Source: Nitrospirota bacterium (GTDB lineage: Bacteria; Nitrospirota; UBA9217). From it: a stretch of DNA of 64,000 bases. This document shows, one piece after another, positions 1 through 10,519 of this stretch. Position numbers and translations under genes: made by a program. The stretch spans positions 64,001 to 128,000 of the forward strand of contig CAVUHW010000008.1 in the NCBI GenBank assembly GCA_963741205.1, read 5' to 3'. The notes beneath the pieces were generated by a model that worked only from the letters and a program-made list of their open reading frames with translations, was not told the DNA's origin and did no database searches. Each line of letters begins with the position of its first letter. The stretch's first letter is position 1.

Positions 1-75
1 CCTCTTAATCCCCCCTTGAAGGGGGAGAACATTAAAAGTTCCTCCCCTTCAAGGGGAGTTCAGGTGGGGATGGGT
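1..75. repeat. CCCCTT/AAGGGG palindromic repeat, family B
   Basis: cccccttgaaggggg..cctcccccttcaagggga..aggtggggatggg; near-identical to 33645-33728. Confidence 0.75.
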
Positions 76-92
76 TCTATATTTTGGACGCG

Positions 93-578
93 TTATGATT
101 CGCACCTGACCACCCGGTGCGTATCGCCGAGTTCCTCCAACAGATGTGAGATGGTCTTTTTTGACACCGGGTGAACCGCCTGAGGCGCGATCTCGCACAG
201 CGGGACAAGCACGAAACGCCTCGTTGCCATCAGCGGGTGTGGTACGATGAGCTCGCCGGTGTCGATTACCTGATCGCCGTACAGGAGGATGTCGAGATCG
301 ATAATGCGCGGACCCCACCGGAACAGCCGGTACCGTCCCAGTTCGTCCTCGATCGCTTGACAGGCGGCCAAGAGGGCCAGCGGGGGAAGCTCCGTCTCGA
401 TCTCCGCCACGGCGTTCAGGAAGGCTTCCTGGTCCGCGTATCCAACCGGCTCGGTGCAATAAAAGGACGACACCCGTGTGACGCGGCCTGCTCTGCCCAG
501 GAGGTCAAGCGCACTGCGGCATGCAGCCATCTTGTCCCCCATGTTCGAGCCCAGCCCGATGTACGCGATGACCGGCAT
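93..578 (-). CDS. folK: 2-amino-4-hydroxy-6-hydroxymethyldihydropteridine diphosphokinase
   Basis: AYIGLGSNMGD N-terminus; RWGPRIIDLDIL and PHPLMATRRFVLVPL motifs. Confidence 0.95.
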   Translation of the reverse strand: MPVIAYIGLGSNMGDKMAACRSALDLLGRAGRVTRVSSFYCTEPVGYADQEAFLNAVAEIETELPPLALLAACQAIEDELGRYRLFRWGPRIIDLDILLYGDQVIDTGELIVPHPLMATRRFVLVPLCEIAPQAVHPVSKKTISHLLEELGDTHRVVRCES

Positions 579-606
579 AAAATATTAGGACGCAGATTTG
601 TAAACC

Positions 607-683
607 GCATAGCGCCGAGCGCATGGCGCAGGATGCGTCATACAGGATTCCGCGCTATGCGCTTTGCTCCATGCTCTTTGCGA
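607..683. repeat. Inverted heptamer tandem array (GCATAGC / GCTATGC type)
   Basis: gcatagc gccgagc gcatggc ... gctatgc gctttgc; the same unit occurs at 6360-6445, 20243-20320 and 43116-43178. Confidence 0.7.
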
Positions 684-684
684 T

Positions 685-1929
685 TCAAAACTCGAACTGC
701 AGCCCGCTCATCCGCTTTTTGAATTCGTCGAGCACCCGTTGTTCGTCCGCCCTGCCTCGGGACTCGAAGGTCGCCGAGAACCGGATGTACGACCCCGCAT
801 CGTCCCACGGCACCGTGCTGATGAGCTTTTCGGCGATCAGGAACTCGGAGAACTCCTCGGCATTCGCAAAGGTCCTTCCGTTCCTGACGCCCTTGGGCAT
901 CTTGACGTAGAGATAAAAAGTGCCTGCGGGCATTTTCGCATTAAAGCCCATGTCCGCCAGGACACCCGACATGGCCTGGAGTCTCCGCTCGTACTTGGCG
1001 ATGATTTCATCGGTGATCTCCGGATGTTCAAGGGCGTAGACGCCTGCCTTCTGGATGGCCTTGAACTGGCCCGAGTCGTAATTGTCCTTTACGTTCCCGT
1101 AGCCCGCTATCACGCGCTCGTTGCCCGCGACAAAGGCGAGGCGCCAGCCGGTCATGTTGAATGCCTTAGAAAGCGAATGGATCTCAATGCCCACGTCCTT
1201 CGCGCCGGGGACGGAGAGGAACGAAAGCGGCCTTGTCCCGTACGTAAGGGCGGCATAGGCCGCGTCATGCGCCACGACGACGTTGTTCGCCTTCGCGAAC
1301 CGAACGACCTTCTCGAAGAATGCCGGAGTCGCGCCCGCGCCCGTAGGATTGTTCGGATAATTGATGTAGAGCAGCTTCGCCCTCTTTTTCACGTCCGCGG
1401 AGAGCCCGTCGAGGTCCGGCAGGAAGCCGCTCTCCTCGCAAAGCGGCAGGTTCACGACCTCGCCGCCGTACCAGCGGGTATGGGTCGCCATGACCGGATA
1501 TCCCGGCGTCGTCATGAGCGTCACGTCGCCGGGATTGATAAAGATCGACGGGAGCATGGCGAGGACGGGCTTGCTGCCGATGCCGTGAAGCACCTCGGTC
1601 TCCGGGTTGATGCCGCCGACGCCGTAGACCTTCTGCAGGTACCGGGCCGCCGCGTCTTTGAATTCCTGGATACCGTTGTCCGCGTAACCCCGGTTCTCGG
1701 GCTTTTCCGCCTCGCGCTGGAGTTCCCGGACAACGCCGGGAAAGGCCATCTCGTCGGGCTCGCCGACGCCGAAGTCGATGAGTTCCTTTTCCGGGTTCGC
1801 AGCCAGGGCCGCGCGCTTCGCGCGCTTGATCTTCTCGAACTTGTAGATCTTCTGTTGTTTGCCGAACGTCCTGCCGCCGATGCGCTCGGCGAAGAGGGAT
1901 TGGATGTAGGTTTCGTTCAGTGTCGTCAA
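685..1929 (-). CDS. dapL: LL-diaminopimelate aminotransferase (class I PLP)
   Basis: NYPNNPTG, DAAY and SLSKAFNMTGWRL PLP motifs; located in the dap/lys operon. Confidence 0.85.
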   Translation of the reverse strand: MTTLNETYIQSLFAERIGGRTFGKQQKIYKFEKIKRAKRAALAANPEKELIDFGVGEPDEMAFPGVVRELQREAEKPENRGYADNGIQEFKDAAARYLQKVYGVGGINPETEVLHGIGSKPVLAMLPSIFINPGDVTLMTTPGYPVMATHTRWYGGEVVNLPLCEESGFLPDLDGLSADVKKRAKLLYINYPNNPTGAGATPAFFEKVVRFAKANNVVVAHDAAYAALTYGTRPLSFLSVPGAKDVGIEIHSLSKAFNMTGWRLAFVAGNERVIAGYGNVKDNYDSGQFKAIQKAGVYALEHPEITDEIIAKYERRLQAMSGVLADMGFNAKMPAGTFYLYVKMPKGVRNGRTFANAEEFSEFLIAEKLISTVPWDDAGSYIRFSATFESRGRADEQRVLDEFKKRMSGLQFEF

Positions 1930-1959
1930 CTACGCGTCCTCCAGCAGAAAAATTTCAAA

Positions 1960-2712
1960 TCAGCGCACAATGTTCTTTAAGCTCCCAATCCCCTCGATCC
2001 GCACTTCAACCTCATCGCCGGGCCTCATCGGCCCGATGCCTGCCGGCGTCCCGGTGATGATGAGGTCCCCGGGCAACAGCGTCATGATCTGTGAAATGAA
2101 GCTCACGAGATGATGCACCGGAAAAATGAACTGAGTCGTTCGCGATGACTGCCGCCGCTCGCCGTTCAGAAAGGACTCGATGAGGAGATCGCCGGGGTCG
2201 AGCTCGGTCTCGATCCAGGGCCCGACGGGGCAAAAAGTGTCGAAGGATTTGGCCCGTGTCCACTGTCCGTCCCTCCGCTGGAGATCCCGGGCTGTCACAT
2301 CGTTCGCGCAGGTGTAGCCGAGGATATGGGCCTTTGCCTCATCCGGAGCGATGTCCTTCACCCGGTCCTTGATGACGACGCCCAGTTCCGCCTCGTAATC
2401 CACCTGCGCGCTCATGCGCGGATACCGGATCGCATCGCCCGGGCCTATCACCGTCGTGGAAGGTTTGAGGAATATAACGGGCTCAGCGGGGACCGCGAGC
2501 CCGATTTCCGCTGCGTGGTCCCGGTAATTGAGGCCCGCCGCAACGATCTTGCCCGGGCTGCACGGAGCCAGAAGCTTGACCGCGGCGCGCGCATGGCGTG
2601 TCTTCAGCGTCATTAAAGGGCCGATGACGTCGCCGTCAAGCTCCGTGATTTCGTCGCCGGTCAGGATGCCGGACGCCGTCCTGTCCCCGACCTGAAACCG
2701 TACCAGTCTCAT
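1960..2712 (-). CDS. Fumarylacetoacetate hydrolase family protein
   Basis: DYEAEL, NDVTARDLQ, KSFDTF and GDLIITGTPAG motifs. Confidence 0.9.
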   Translation of the reverse strand: MRLVRFQVGDRTASGILTGDEITELDGDVIGPLMTLKTRHARAAVKLLAPCSPGKIVAAGLNYRDHAAEIGLAVPAEPVIFLKPSTTVIGPGDAIRYPRMSAQVDYEAELGVVIKDRVKDIAPDEAKAHILGYTCANDVTARDLQRRDGQWTRAKSFDTFCPVGPWIETELDPGDLLIESFLNGERRQSSRTTQFIFPVHHLVSFISQIMTLLPGDLIITGTPAGIGPMRPGDEVEVRIEGIGSLKNIVR

Positions 2713-2727
2713 ACGGCGCTCCGGGCG

Positions 2728-3498
2728 TTATTGTTTCTGATCGATCCATTCCATGAGCTTGTCTTCCGGGAGAAAGCCGGAAAGCACGGTGCCGTCGTCC
2801 CGCACAAGGGTCGGCGTGCCGTTAAATTCCATCGTCTTCGCGAGGGCCTTGTTCTTCTCGATGACATCGGGCGTGCAACTTGCCGGCGGCTCGGGCACCG
2901 TTTTGCCGGAGAAGCCGTCATCCAGCATTTCGAGTGACTTTGAGCACTGGATTGCCTGCGCCTTCTTGTAGGCGTCCTTATGCATCGGAAGGGGATTAAG
3001 GATCAGCTCAAAGGCGATATCGTGCCGCTTGTCAGTCACCTGTTTGATGATCGTGTGGAGTTGCCTGCAATAGGGGCAGTCCGGGTCGGTGAAGACGATC
3101 ACCTTTTTCGCGGCATCTTTGGGGCCGACGACGATGGCGTCACCGAGGGGGATCTTCGAGACATCGACCTTTTTGGCCGGCGGCTGCTTGCCGAGGTTCT
3201 CGACCGGAACGATCTGCCCGGCGATAAGGTTTTTCTTCGAGAAGTCCAGATATAACGCTCCGCGTTTGCCCTCGCCGGCGTCGACGTCAATCTGCCAGAC
3301 ACCTTTGATCGGCGACTGCTTGATATCAGTTATCGTCCCGGTGGGCACGATCTTCTTCACGATTACCTCGGCGTCTTTCTTGTCCAGCTTGTGGCACTCG
3401 ATGCAGTCCTTGTCGCCCTTTTTCGTCGGGAAGGCCTGCGCCGTGAGCGGCAGGACCAGCATGAGGCTTATCAACATCACTCCATAATTCTTTTTCAC
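2728..3498 (-). CDS. dsbC: DsbC-family thiol:disulfide isomerase with an N-terminal CxxCH motif
   Basis: GTG start after an AAGGAG RBS; signal peptide; FTDPDCPYC active site; GTPT cis-Pro loop. Confidence 0.8.
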   Translation of the reverse strand: MKKNYGVMLISLMLVLPLTAQAFPTKKGDKDCIECHKLDKKDAEVIVKKIVPTGTITDIKQSPIKGVWQIDVDAGEGKRGALYLDFSKKNLIAGQIVPVENLGKQPPAKKVDVSKIPLGDAIVVGPKDAAKKVIVFTDPDCPYCRQLHTIIKQVTDKRHDIAFELILNPLPMHKDAYKKAQAIQCSKSLEMLDDGFSGKTVPEPPASCTPDVIEKNKALAKTMEFNGTPTLVRDDGTVLSGFLPEDKLMEWIDQKQ

Positions 3499-3590
3499 TG
3501 TAGTCTCCTTTATGAGGTGTAAGGGTCCGGGTCCAGGGGCCGGGTCCAGAAAACCCTGACCCTTGACCCTGACGCCGGTCCCTGAAGTTA

Positions 3591-4400
3591 TTACTTCAAT
3601 CCCAGCACGTCCTGCATGTCGTAGAGGCCGGGCTTTTTGCCGACGACCCATTTCGCCGCACGAACAGCGCCGCGGGCGAACATGTCGCGGGTATGCGCCC
3701 GGTGGGTGAGCTCGATCCGCTCTCCCATTCCGATGAAATATACCGTGTGTTCTCCCACAATATCTCCGCCGCGAATGGTTTGCATGCCGATCTCTTCTTT
3801 CGTCCGCTCCCCGGTAATCCCCTCGCGGTGATATTTGGCTACCTGCCGGTAGTCGCGCCCGAGGGCGCCGGCCACAACCTCTCCCATTCGCACGGCGGTG
3901 CCGGACGGCGCGTCCTTCTTCATCCGGTGGTGCGACTCGACGATCTCCACGTCAAAGTCGTGTCCGAGCGTTTTTGCGATGTCGGCGAGGATCTTGAAGC
4001 ACACATTCACCCCGACGCTCATGTTCGGCGAAAGGACGCAGGGTATCTTTTGAACGAGCTTGCCGGCTTCTGCGAGCTGTTCCTTGGAAAAACCGGTCGA
4101 TCCGATGACCGCAGGTTTGCCGAGTTCCGCACAGATCCTGAGATTCGCGAGGCTGATCTCCGGGAACGTAAAATCAATGAGCACATCGCCGGTCTTGAGC
4201 GCGGCGGCAAGGTCATCCGTGATGACCGTCAGCGTCCCTCCTGCAGGAAGTCCTGCGGGGCCGCAGGAATCCTGGCCCACGAGCGGATGACCTTTCCGTT
4301 CAACGGCCCCCGAGAGACGGACGCCTTCCGAGGTAGAGAGCACGTTGATGATGCGCGAGCCCATCCTGCCGGCTGCGCCGGTGACTATTGCTTTGATCAT
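3591..4400 (-). CDS. dapB: 4-hydroxy-tetrahydrodipicolinate reductase
   Basis: GAAGRMG and ESHHRMKKDAPSGTA motifs. Confidence 0.95.
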   Translation of the reverse strand: MIKAIVTGAAGRMGSRIINVLSTSEGVRLSGAVERKGHPLVGQDSCGPAGLPAGGTLTVITDDLAAALKTGDVLIDFTFPEISLANLRICAELGKPAVIGSTGFSKEQLAEAGKLVQKIPCVLSPNMSVGVNVCFKILADIAKTLGHDFDVEIVESHHRMKKDAPSGTAVRMGEVVAGALGRDYRQVAKYHREGITGERTKEEIGMQTIRGGDIVGEHTVYFIGMGERIELTHRAHTRDMFARGAVRAAKWVVGKKPGLYDMQDVLGLK

Positions 4401-4531
4401 AAAAGCTCCTTTATTACCACGAAGACAACACTCGCGGAACAACGCTGGGCGCAGCGAAGGCACGAAGTAAATCAGGTAGCAATACCGGGTGTTGCTTTCT
4501 TTGTGTTTTGGTGCCTTTGTGGTGAATAGAT

Positions 4532-5404
4532 CTAAATCAACCCGTAGTCCTTGAGCGCCTTCTTCAGCTTTTCCTTGTTCGCATCAGCCATGGGGCAGAG
4601 CGGGAGCCGGAACTCCTCGTTGATCCTGCCCATGAGCGCAAGAGATGTCTTGACCGGGATAGGATTCGTTTCGATGAACATGGGACCATGCAGGGGCTCG
4701 AGCTTATAGTGGAGCTTGAGCGCCTCGGCGGTCTTGCCTGCAAAATAGGCGTCGAACAGGGCAGCGCAGTCAGCGGGCGCGATATTGGCAGTCACCGATA
4801 TGGCGCCCACGCCGCCTAAGGCGAGGAGCGGCAAGGTGGTGAAGTCGTCTCCGGAGATCACATCGAAGTCCCTGCCGCAGAGCCGGAGGACCTCGCTCAC
4901 CTGCTTCATGTCCCCCGTGGCCTCCTTGATGCCGACGATGTTCTTCTTTTCGCGGAGCCGCGCGACCGTGGCGGGCAGCATGTTGACGCTCGTCCGGCCC
5001 GGTACGTTATAGAGGACGATCGGGATGTCCGACGAGTCGGCGATCTTGGAGAAGTGGCGGAACAGTCCTTCCTGTGTGGGCTTGTTGTAGTAGGGGGTGA
5101 TGAGCAGAACGCCGTCGGCCCCCGCCTTCTGAGCGTACCCCGTGAGTTCCAGCGTTTCGGACGTCGAGTTCGAGCCCGCGCCGGCAATGACGGGGACGCG
5201 CTTGTTCACCGTCTTCACCGTGAACTCCACGACGCGGTGGTGCTCCTCGTGCGAGAGCGTCGCCGACTCGCCGGTCGTCCCGCAGGGCACGATGACGTCC
5301 GTGCCGCTCTTGATGTGAAACTCGATCAAATCGCCTAAGGCCTTTTCGTCGACCTTTCCGTTTTTGAAGGGCGTTACGATCGCAACCATCGAACCTTTAA
5401 ACAT
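4532..5404 (-). CDS. dapA: 4-hydroxy-tetrahydrodipicolinate synthase
   Basis: GTTGES, YNVPGRT and GIKEATG motifs. Confidence 0.96.
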   Translation of the reverse strand: MFKGSMVAIVTPFKNGKVDEKALGDLIEFHIKSGTDVIVPCGTTGESATLSHEEHHRVVEFTVKTVNKRVPVIAGAGSNSTSETLELTGYAQKAGADGVLLITPYYNKPTQEGLFRHFSKIADSSDIPIVLYNVPGRTSVNMLPATVARLREKKNIVGIKEATGDMKQVSEVLRLCGRDFDVISGDDFTTLPLLALGGVGAISVTANIAPADCAALFDAYFAGKTAEALKLHYKLEPLHGPMFIETNPIPVKTSLALMGRINEEFRLPLCPMADANKEKLKKALKDYGLI

Positions 5405-5538
5405 GGAAACCTCCTTCTTGAACCAGATACGAAATTCGAATATCTACATCCTCAATACATTCAAAATGTGAATGGCCGCCTCTTTCTCTTATTGACCATT
5501 TGATATTGTTTAAAATTCAGGATTCCGAGCTTCGTAGT

Positions 5539-6351
5539 TTATATATACAGCGTCCCTTCACAGATGACTTCCGCCCCTCCTTCAAGGTGGATGTTATCGA
5601 ACCCATCGGCAATGCGGTCGAACGAGACCACAAGCCGTTCCCCGCCCGAGGTCAGCACCTCAACCGGCGGAGAGACGACGCCGAGCGCCCCAGCGACCAG
5701 GGCCGCGGCGACCGAACCCGTGCCGCAGGCCAGGGTCTCGCCCTCAACCCCCCGTTCATATGTCCTGATGCTGAGTTTGTTCCTGCCCTGGATCTGGACG
5801 AAGTTCACATTCGTGCCGGCCGGCTTGAACAACTCGTGATACCGAGTGGTCCTGCCGATCCGATCCACGTCTTCGTTCTCGATGTTCTTCGAAAGATAGA
5901 CCAGGTGCGGGACGCCGGTATTGATGAAGTGACCCATGCGCAGGCCGCTGTCGAGCGGTACCGCGATGTTCGCACGCAGGCCGGAAGCGCTGGGCAACTG
6001 GACCTTCACCCGGCCGTTCTTGACCTGGGCGTGGATGATGCCCGCGAGCGTCTCGAAGGACATGTCCTTCTTCGCGATCTTTCTGAGGAAGGCAAACCGC
6101 GCGGCGCACCGCGAGCCGTTGCCGCACATCTCGGCCTCGCTCCCGTCGGCGTTGAAGAACCGCCACTTGAAGTCCGCTTTCCGGGAAGGAACGATTACGA
6201 TCAGGCCGTCGGCGCCCACCGAAAAATGCCGGCGGCAAACGGTCACCGCCATCTCCCTCAGGTTCATTCCCTTGAGCGCTGCCCTGCGGTTGTCGATCAG
6301 GATAAAATCGTTCCCGCTCCCCTGCATCTTATAGAAAGGAATCTTTTTCAT
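5539..6351 (-). CDS. dapF: Diaminopimelate epimerase
   Basis: KMQGSGNDF, EMCGNG and ERGVEGETLACGTG motifs. Confidence 0.95.
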   Translation of the reverse strand: MKKIPFYKMQGSGNDFILIDNRRAALKGMNLREMAVTVCRRHFSVGADGLIVIVPSRKADFKWRFFNADGSEAEMCGNGSRCAARFAFLRKIAKKDMSFETLAGIIHAQVKNGRVKVQLPSASGLRANIAVPLDSGLRMGHFINTGVPHLVYLSKNIENEDVDRIGRTTRYHELFKPAGTNVNFVQIQGRNKLSIRTYERGVEGETLACGTGSVAAALVAGALGVVSPPVEVLTSGGERLVVSFDRIADGFDNIHLEGGAEVICEGTLYI

Positions 6352-6445
6352 AGAAACACCGCATGGCGCAGAATACGATAGGGCATAGCGCAGAGCGGAA
6401 AGGCTTAACGCCATGCCCATATCGCGCTATGCGAATGCTCTGCCG

Positions 6446-7705
6446 TTATCCTTCCAGCCACGCCGGGATCTTCTCCCCTCTGACAAGGTCGTCGTACGTC
6501 TCCCGCTCCCGGACAACAACGTACTCGCCTCCCCGGACCATGACTTCAGCGGCCCTCGGCCGGGAATTGTAGTTCGAGGCCATGGAGAACCCATAGGCGC
6601 CGGCGCTCATGACGGCAAGAAGTTCCCCCTTTTTTACGACGGGAATCTCGCGGTCCTTCGCCAAAAAATCGCCTGACTCGCAGATGGGCCCGACCACGTC
6701 GAACACCGCATGCTCCGCGGCCTCCGTTTTCACGACTGGTTTGATCTCGTGGTAGGCCTCGTAGAGGCTGGGGCGGATCAGATCGTTCATTCCGGCATCG
6801 ACGATCAGGAAGCGCTTTGCGCCGCTGTCCTTCCTGTATAACGCGGTCGTCACAAGGACGCCGGCATTGCCGACGATCGCCCGACCCGGCTCGAGGACGA
6901 GCGTGCAGTCTCCGGGAATGCGCGACCGGATGGCCGATGCAAGATCGCGTGGCTGGGGCGGGGTCTCGTCCTTATACGTGATGCCGAGGCCGCCCCCGAT
7001 GTCGATGTACTTTATATTCATGCCCTCGGCGCGAAGCTCCGTTACGAGCCCTGCGACCTTCTCGATGGCCTCCACGAACGGCCCGACTTCGGTGATCTGC
7101 GAGCCGATGTGATGGTGCACTCCGACAATCTCCACGTGAGCCAGTGCCCTGGCCGTCTGGTAGTGCTCCAGCGCCTCCTCGATCGGGATGCCGAACTTGT
7201 TTTCCTTGAGTCCCGTGGAAATGTAGGCGTGGGTCCTGGGGTCGATGTTCGGGTTGACCCGCAGCGCGATCCGCGCCTTGACGCGCATCTCTCCTGCGAC
7301 CTCGTTTAAGGCCTGAAGTTCCTCCCCCGACTCGACGTTGAACATAAGGATGCCGGTCCGGAGGGCGTATTCGATCTCGTCCCGCCGTTTGCCCACGCCT
7401 GCGTAGACGATCTTTCCGGGAGCGACCCCCGCGCGAAGGGCGCGAAACAGCTCGCCCCCGGACACGATGTCAGCGCCCGCACCTTCCCGCCCGAGCAGTC
7501 TCAGCAAGGCGCCGTTCGAGTTGGATTTGAGCGCGTAACAGATGATCCGGGGAACACCGGAAAAAGCGCTGTCAAAGGCCCGAAAGTGGTTTACGAGCGT
7601 GTTGCTGCTGTAGACGTAGAACGGCGTCCCCACCCGCCGGGCGATGCCGCTGAGCGGGACGTCCTCGCAACAGAGCTCTCCGTTCTTATACTGAAAATCA
7701 TGCAT
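6446..7705 (-). CDS. lysA: Diaminopimelate decarboxylase
   Basis: YALKSN, HIGSQ, EPGR and GPICESGD motifs. Confidence 0.95.
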   Translation of the reverse strand: MHDFQYKNGELCCEDVPLSGIARRVGTPFYVYSSNTLVNHFRAFDSAFSGVPRIICYALKSNSNGALLRLLGREGAGADIVSGGELFRALRAGVAPGKIVYAGVGKRRDEIEYALRTGILMFNVESGEELQALNEVAGEMRVKARIALRVNPNIDPRTHAYISTGLKENKFGIPIEEALEHYQTARALAHVEIVGVHHHIGSQITEVGPFVEAIEKVAGLVTELRAEGMNIKYIDIGGGLGITYKDETPPQPRDLASAIRSRIPGDCTLVLEPGRAIVGNAGVLVTTALYRKDSGAKRFLIVDAGMNDLIRPSLYEAYHEIKPVVKTEAAEHAVFDVVGPICESGDFLAKDREIPVVKKGELLAVMSAGAYGFSMASNYNSRPRAAEVMVRGGEYVVVRERETYDDLVRGEKIPAWLEG

Positions 7706-7734
7706 AATTGTTCCCGCAGCCGCAACCAAAATAT

Positions 7735-7820
7735 CGTCATCCCCGAATGGTTCTATCGGGGATCCATTTTGAATTTAGTCTTGAAAAAAGACCATGGATT
7801 CCCGCTTTCGCGGGAATGAC
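7735..7820. repeat. REP-like GTCATTCC..GGAATCC / GGATTCC..GGAATGAC doublet, family A
   Basis: Two facing hairpins. Confidence 0.75.
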
Positions 7821-7845
7821 ACCTGAGTGGTTACAAAAATACTTT

Positions 7846-8910
7846 TTACCTCAGCTTCTCGACAGAAGCCTTTTGTTCTTCCGACCGGGAGCTTTCGTTG
7901 CCCGAAAGGTCCACTGCGGTGACAACATAGTGATAGACGACCCCGCTCTTTACGTTTTCGTCCGAAAACGTCGTCCGGTTGAGCGGCTTTCCCGTCAATC
8001 GCACGTAATCTCTGCCGCTCTTGATCGAGCGGTACACGTAATATCCGGCGAGGTCGGCCTCCTGGTTTTCGTTCCAGGTCAGGAACACCCGTTCCACGCC
8101 CGCTACAACGGTAAGACCCGTGGGCCTGGCCGGCGGGGTCAAGTCCCTCGGCATGGCCGATACTTCCTCGGAATCCGGGCCTTCCAGCCAGGGAGGCGCG
8201 GGGCTGTCCACGGCGCGGACGATATAGTAATACGTAGTATTGTTTACCGCCGATGCGTCCTTATACGATGCGGCCTGTAATGGTTCCTTGTTCAGAGGTG
8301 TTTCGTCGTGGAACCCCTTCTCAGTGCCGCGATATATATTGTATCCAACGAAACCCTCGACAGGCCTTCCATCCATCCATGTGTTTACCGGCTTCCACGT
8401 GAGCCGATTATTACTGTCTCCAGCCTTGGCCGCCAACCCCTTCGGCGCGGATAAGGCTATCTGCGGCGTGACCCGGACTTCCTCGGACCACGGACTGACC
8501 CCGCCCCGTGCACTTTCTGCCCTAATCCGGTATCCGTACGTTTGGCCATACCTGACTTGATCGTCAGTCCAGGTTACTACGTTGTTCCGCATGACGGCCG
8601 GCGCCGGGCTCTTCATGTCTATCTCTGCGTACCGCTTATAGCGCGTCATTTTGCGGTCCCGCCCGAGTTCAGCGCGGTATATCCTTATCTTCCGAATATC
8701 CGACGGAGCGATGCCCTTGCCCTCGACGTTCCTCGTCGGCAGCGGCCATGAGAGAGACACGACGGCGCCCCGCGCCACGGCCTCGGTAGCGCTCATCGCC
8801 TCAGGCCTCGGGCTGTCGGGAACGAGCGGTATCGTTTTTCTGCCGCAGGCAGAGGCGGCCATGAGCGCAAGCAGGCAGGCCGCTACACACCACCGGAAAC
8901 GGTTGTTCAT
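7846..8910 (-). CDS. Lipoprotein with fibronectin type III repeats
   Basis: Lipobox ASAC followed by CGRK; three W..GY.IYR..Y.Y.V.AVD FN3-like repeats. Confidence 0.8.
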   Translation of the reverse strand: MNNRFRWCVAACLLALMAASACGRKTIPLVPDSPRPEAMSATEAVARGAVVSLSWPLPTRNVEGKGIAPSDIRKIRIYRAELGRDRKMTRYKRYAEIDMKSPAPAVMRNNVVTWTDDQVRYGQTYGYRIRAESARGGVSPWSEEVRVTPQIALSAPKGLAAKAGDSNNRLTWKPVNTWMDGRPVEGFVGYNIYRGTEKGFHDETPLNKEPLQAASYKDASAVNNTTYYYIVRAVDSPAPPWLEGPDSEEVSAMPRDLTPPARPTGLTVVAGVERVFLTWNENQEADLAGYYVYRSIKSGRDYVRLTGKPLNRTTFSDENVKSGVVYHYVVTAVDLSGNESSRSEEQKASVEKLR

Positions 8911-10337
8911 TTCATCGTCTTCTTCAGAAACTCAAGCCGCTTTCCCAGATTGACGGGAGCGGTGCCGCCGTATGATCTTCTCCTGCCCACCGATGTTTCC
9001 ACGGAAATGGCCTGGAACACGTCCTTGTTGATATGCGGCGAAAGCTTCCTGTATTCCGCAAGCGGCATGTCTTGGAGACCGCAGCCCAGTTCCGTCGCGC
9101 GCAGAACGGCCTTGCCCACGACCTCATGCGCCTGCCGGAAGGGCGTGCCTTTTCTGACCAGGTAATCGGCAAGGTCGGTTGCCGTGATGAATCCATCGCC
9201 CGCCGCCCGCCGCATGGCCTCCTTGTGGACCTTGACGCTTTTGAGCATTTCGGCGACGACGGAGAGCGAAAGGGTGACCGTGTCTCCTGCGTCGAAGAGG
9301 GGCTCCTTGTCCTCCTGCATGTCGCGGTTGTAGGCGAGCGGGAGGCCTTTCATGAGCGTCAGAAGCGCCACGAGGCTGCCGTACACCCTGCCGGTCTTGC
9401 CACGCGCGAGCTCCGCCACGTCGGGGTTTTTTTTCTGCGGCATGATGGAGGAACCGGTGGTAAAGGCATCCGACAAGGTGATGAAGCCGAATTCCGCCGA
9501 TGACCAGATGACGAGTTCCTCGGACAGACGGGAAAGGTGCATCATGATCTGGGCGCAGTCCGCGACGAATTCAATCGCGAAATCCCGGTCCGAGACCGCG
9601 TCCATGCTGTTCTCGCACAGGCCGCTGAAGCCGAGTTGCCTCGCCACGAACCGGCGGTCGATGGGGAGCACCGTGCCGGCCAGCGCCCCCGCACCCAGGG
9701 GAAGAATGTTTACACGTCTGAAACAATCCTTGAGCCGGCCCCGGTCGCGCTCGAACATCTCGTAGTAGGCGAGCAGGTGATGGCCGAGGAGCACGGGCTG
9801 CGCCCGCTGCAGGTGAGTGTAGCCGGGAAGAATCACGTCGCGGTGTGCGTCGGCAAGGTGCACGAGCGTCTTCTGGAGCGCGCCCAACAGATCGTGGATC
9901 TCGGCGATCTCGTCCCGCAGGTACATGCGGATGTCGAGGGCCACCTGGTCGTTCCTGCTTCGGGCGGTGTGGAGCTTGCCGCCCACGGGGCCGATCTTTT
10001 CGATCAGACGGCTCTCGATGTTCATGTGGATGTCTTCGAGCGCTATGCTGAACGAAAAGGTGCCCGCGGCCAGCTCCCTCAGGATCTCGTCCAGTCCGCG
10101 GGTGATGCGGGCCGCCTCTTTTTTCGTGATGATCCCGGTCTTGGCGAGCATGGCCGCATGCGCCCTGCTGCCGGCGATATCATACGGATACAGCCGCCAG
10201 TCGTAAGGGATCGAAGCGGTAAACTCCTCGACGAGCCGGTTCGTGGCCTCCGTGAACCGTCCGCCCCAGGGCTTGGAGGTTTTCTGAGGCTTTTTCGCCC
10301 GATGGGTCTTCGTTGCTATTTTGCTTTTCTTCGGCAT
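8907..10337 (-). CDS. argH: Argininosuccinate lyase
   Basis: [15 protein letters not shown] and [12 protein letters not shown] motifs. Confidence 0.96.
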   Translation of the reverse strand: MPKKSKIATKTHRAKKPQKTSKPWGGRFTEATNRLVEEFTASIPYDWRLYPYDIAGSRAHAAMLAKTGIITKKEAARITRGLDEILRELAAGTFSFSIALEDIHMNIESRLIEKIGPVGGKLHTARSRNDQVALDIRMYLRDEIAEIHDLLGALQKTLVHLADAHRDVILPGYTHLQRAQPVLLGHHLLAYYEMFERDRGRLKDCFRRVNILPLGAGALAGTVLPIDRRFVARQLGFSGLCENSMDAVSDRDFAIEFVADCAQIMMHLSRLSEELVIWSSAEFGFITLSDAFTTGSSIMPQKKNPDVAELARGKTGRVYGSLVALLTLMKGLPLAYNRDMQEDKEPLFDAGDTVTLSLSVVAEMLKSVKVHKEAMRRAAGDGFITATDLADYLVRKGTPFRQAHEVVGKAVLRATELGCGLQDMPLAEYRKLSPHINKDVFQAISVETSVGRRRSYGGTAPVNLGKRLEFLKKTMK

Positions 10338-10390
10338 AGGTGTCACATGAAATTCTAAATCCCAAGCACCAAATCACCACTCCCTTAAGC

Positions 10391-10486
10391 CGTCATTCCA
10401 GCATGACTCTGGCCGGAATCCAGTGGCTTCTGGTTTTTTCTATCTTGAGAATTTTGGATTCCCGACAGAAGCATTCGGGAATGACG
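10391..10486. repeat. REP-like doublet, family A, inside a heptamer hairpin
   Basis: cgtcattccagc..gccggaatcc ... ggattcccga..tcgggaatgacg. Confidence 0.75.
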
Positions 10487-10519
10487 AAAAAAGGTCGCCT
10501 TAGCGTTATTGGGAATTTG

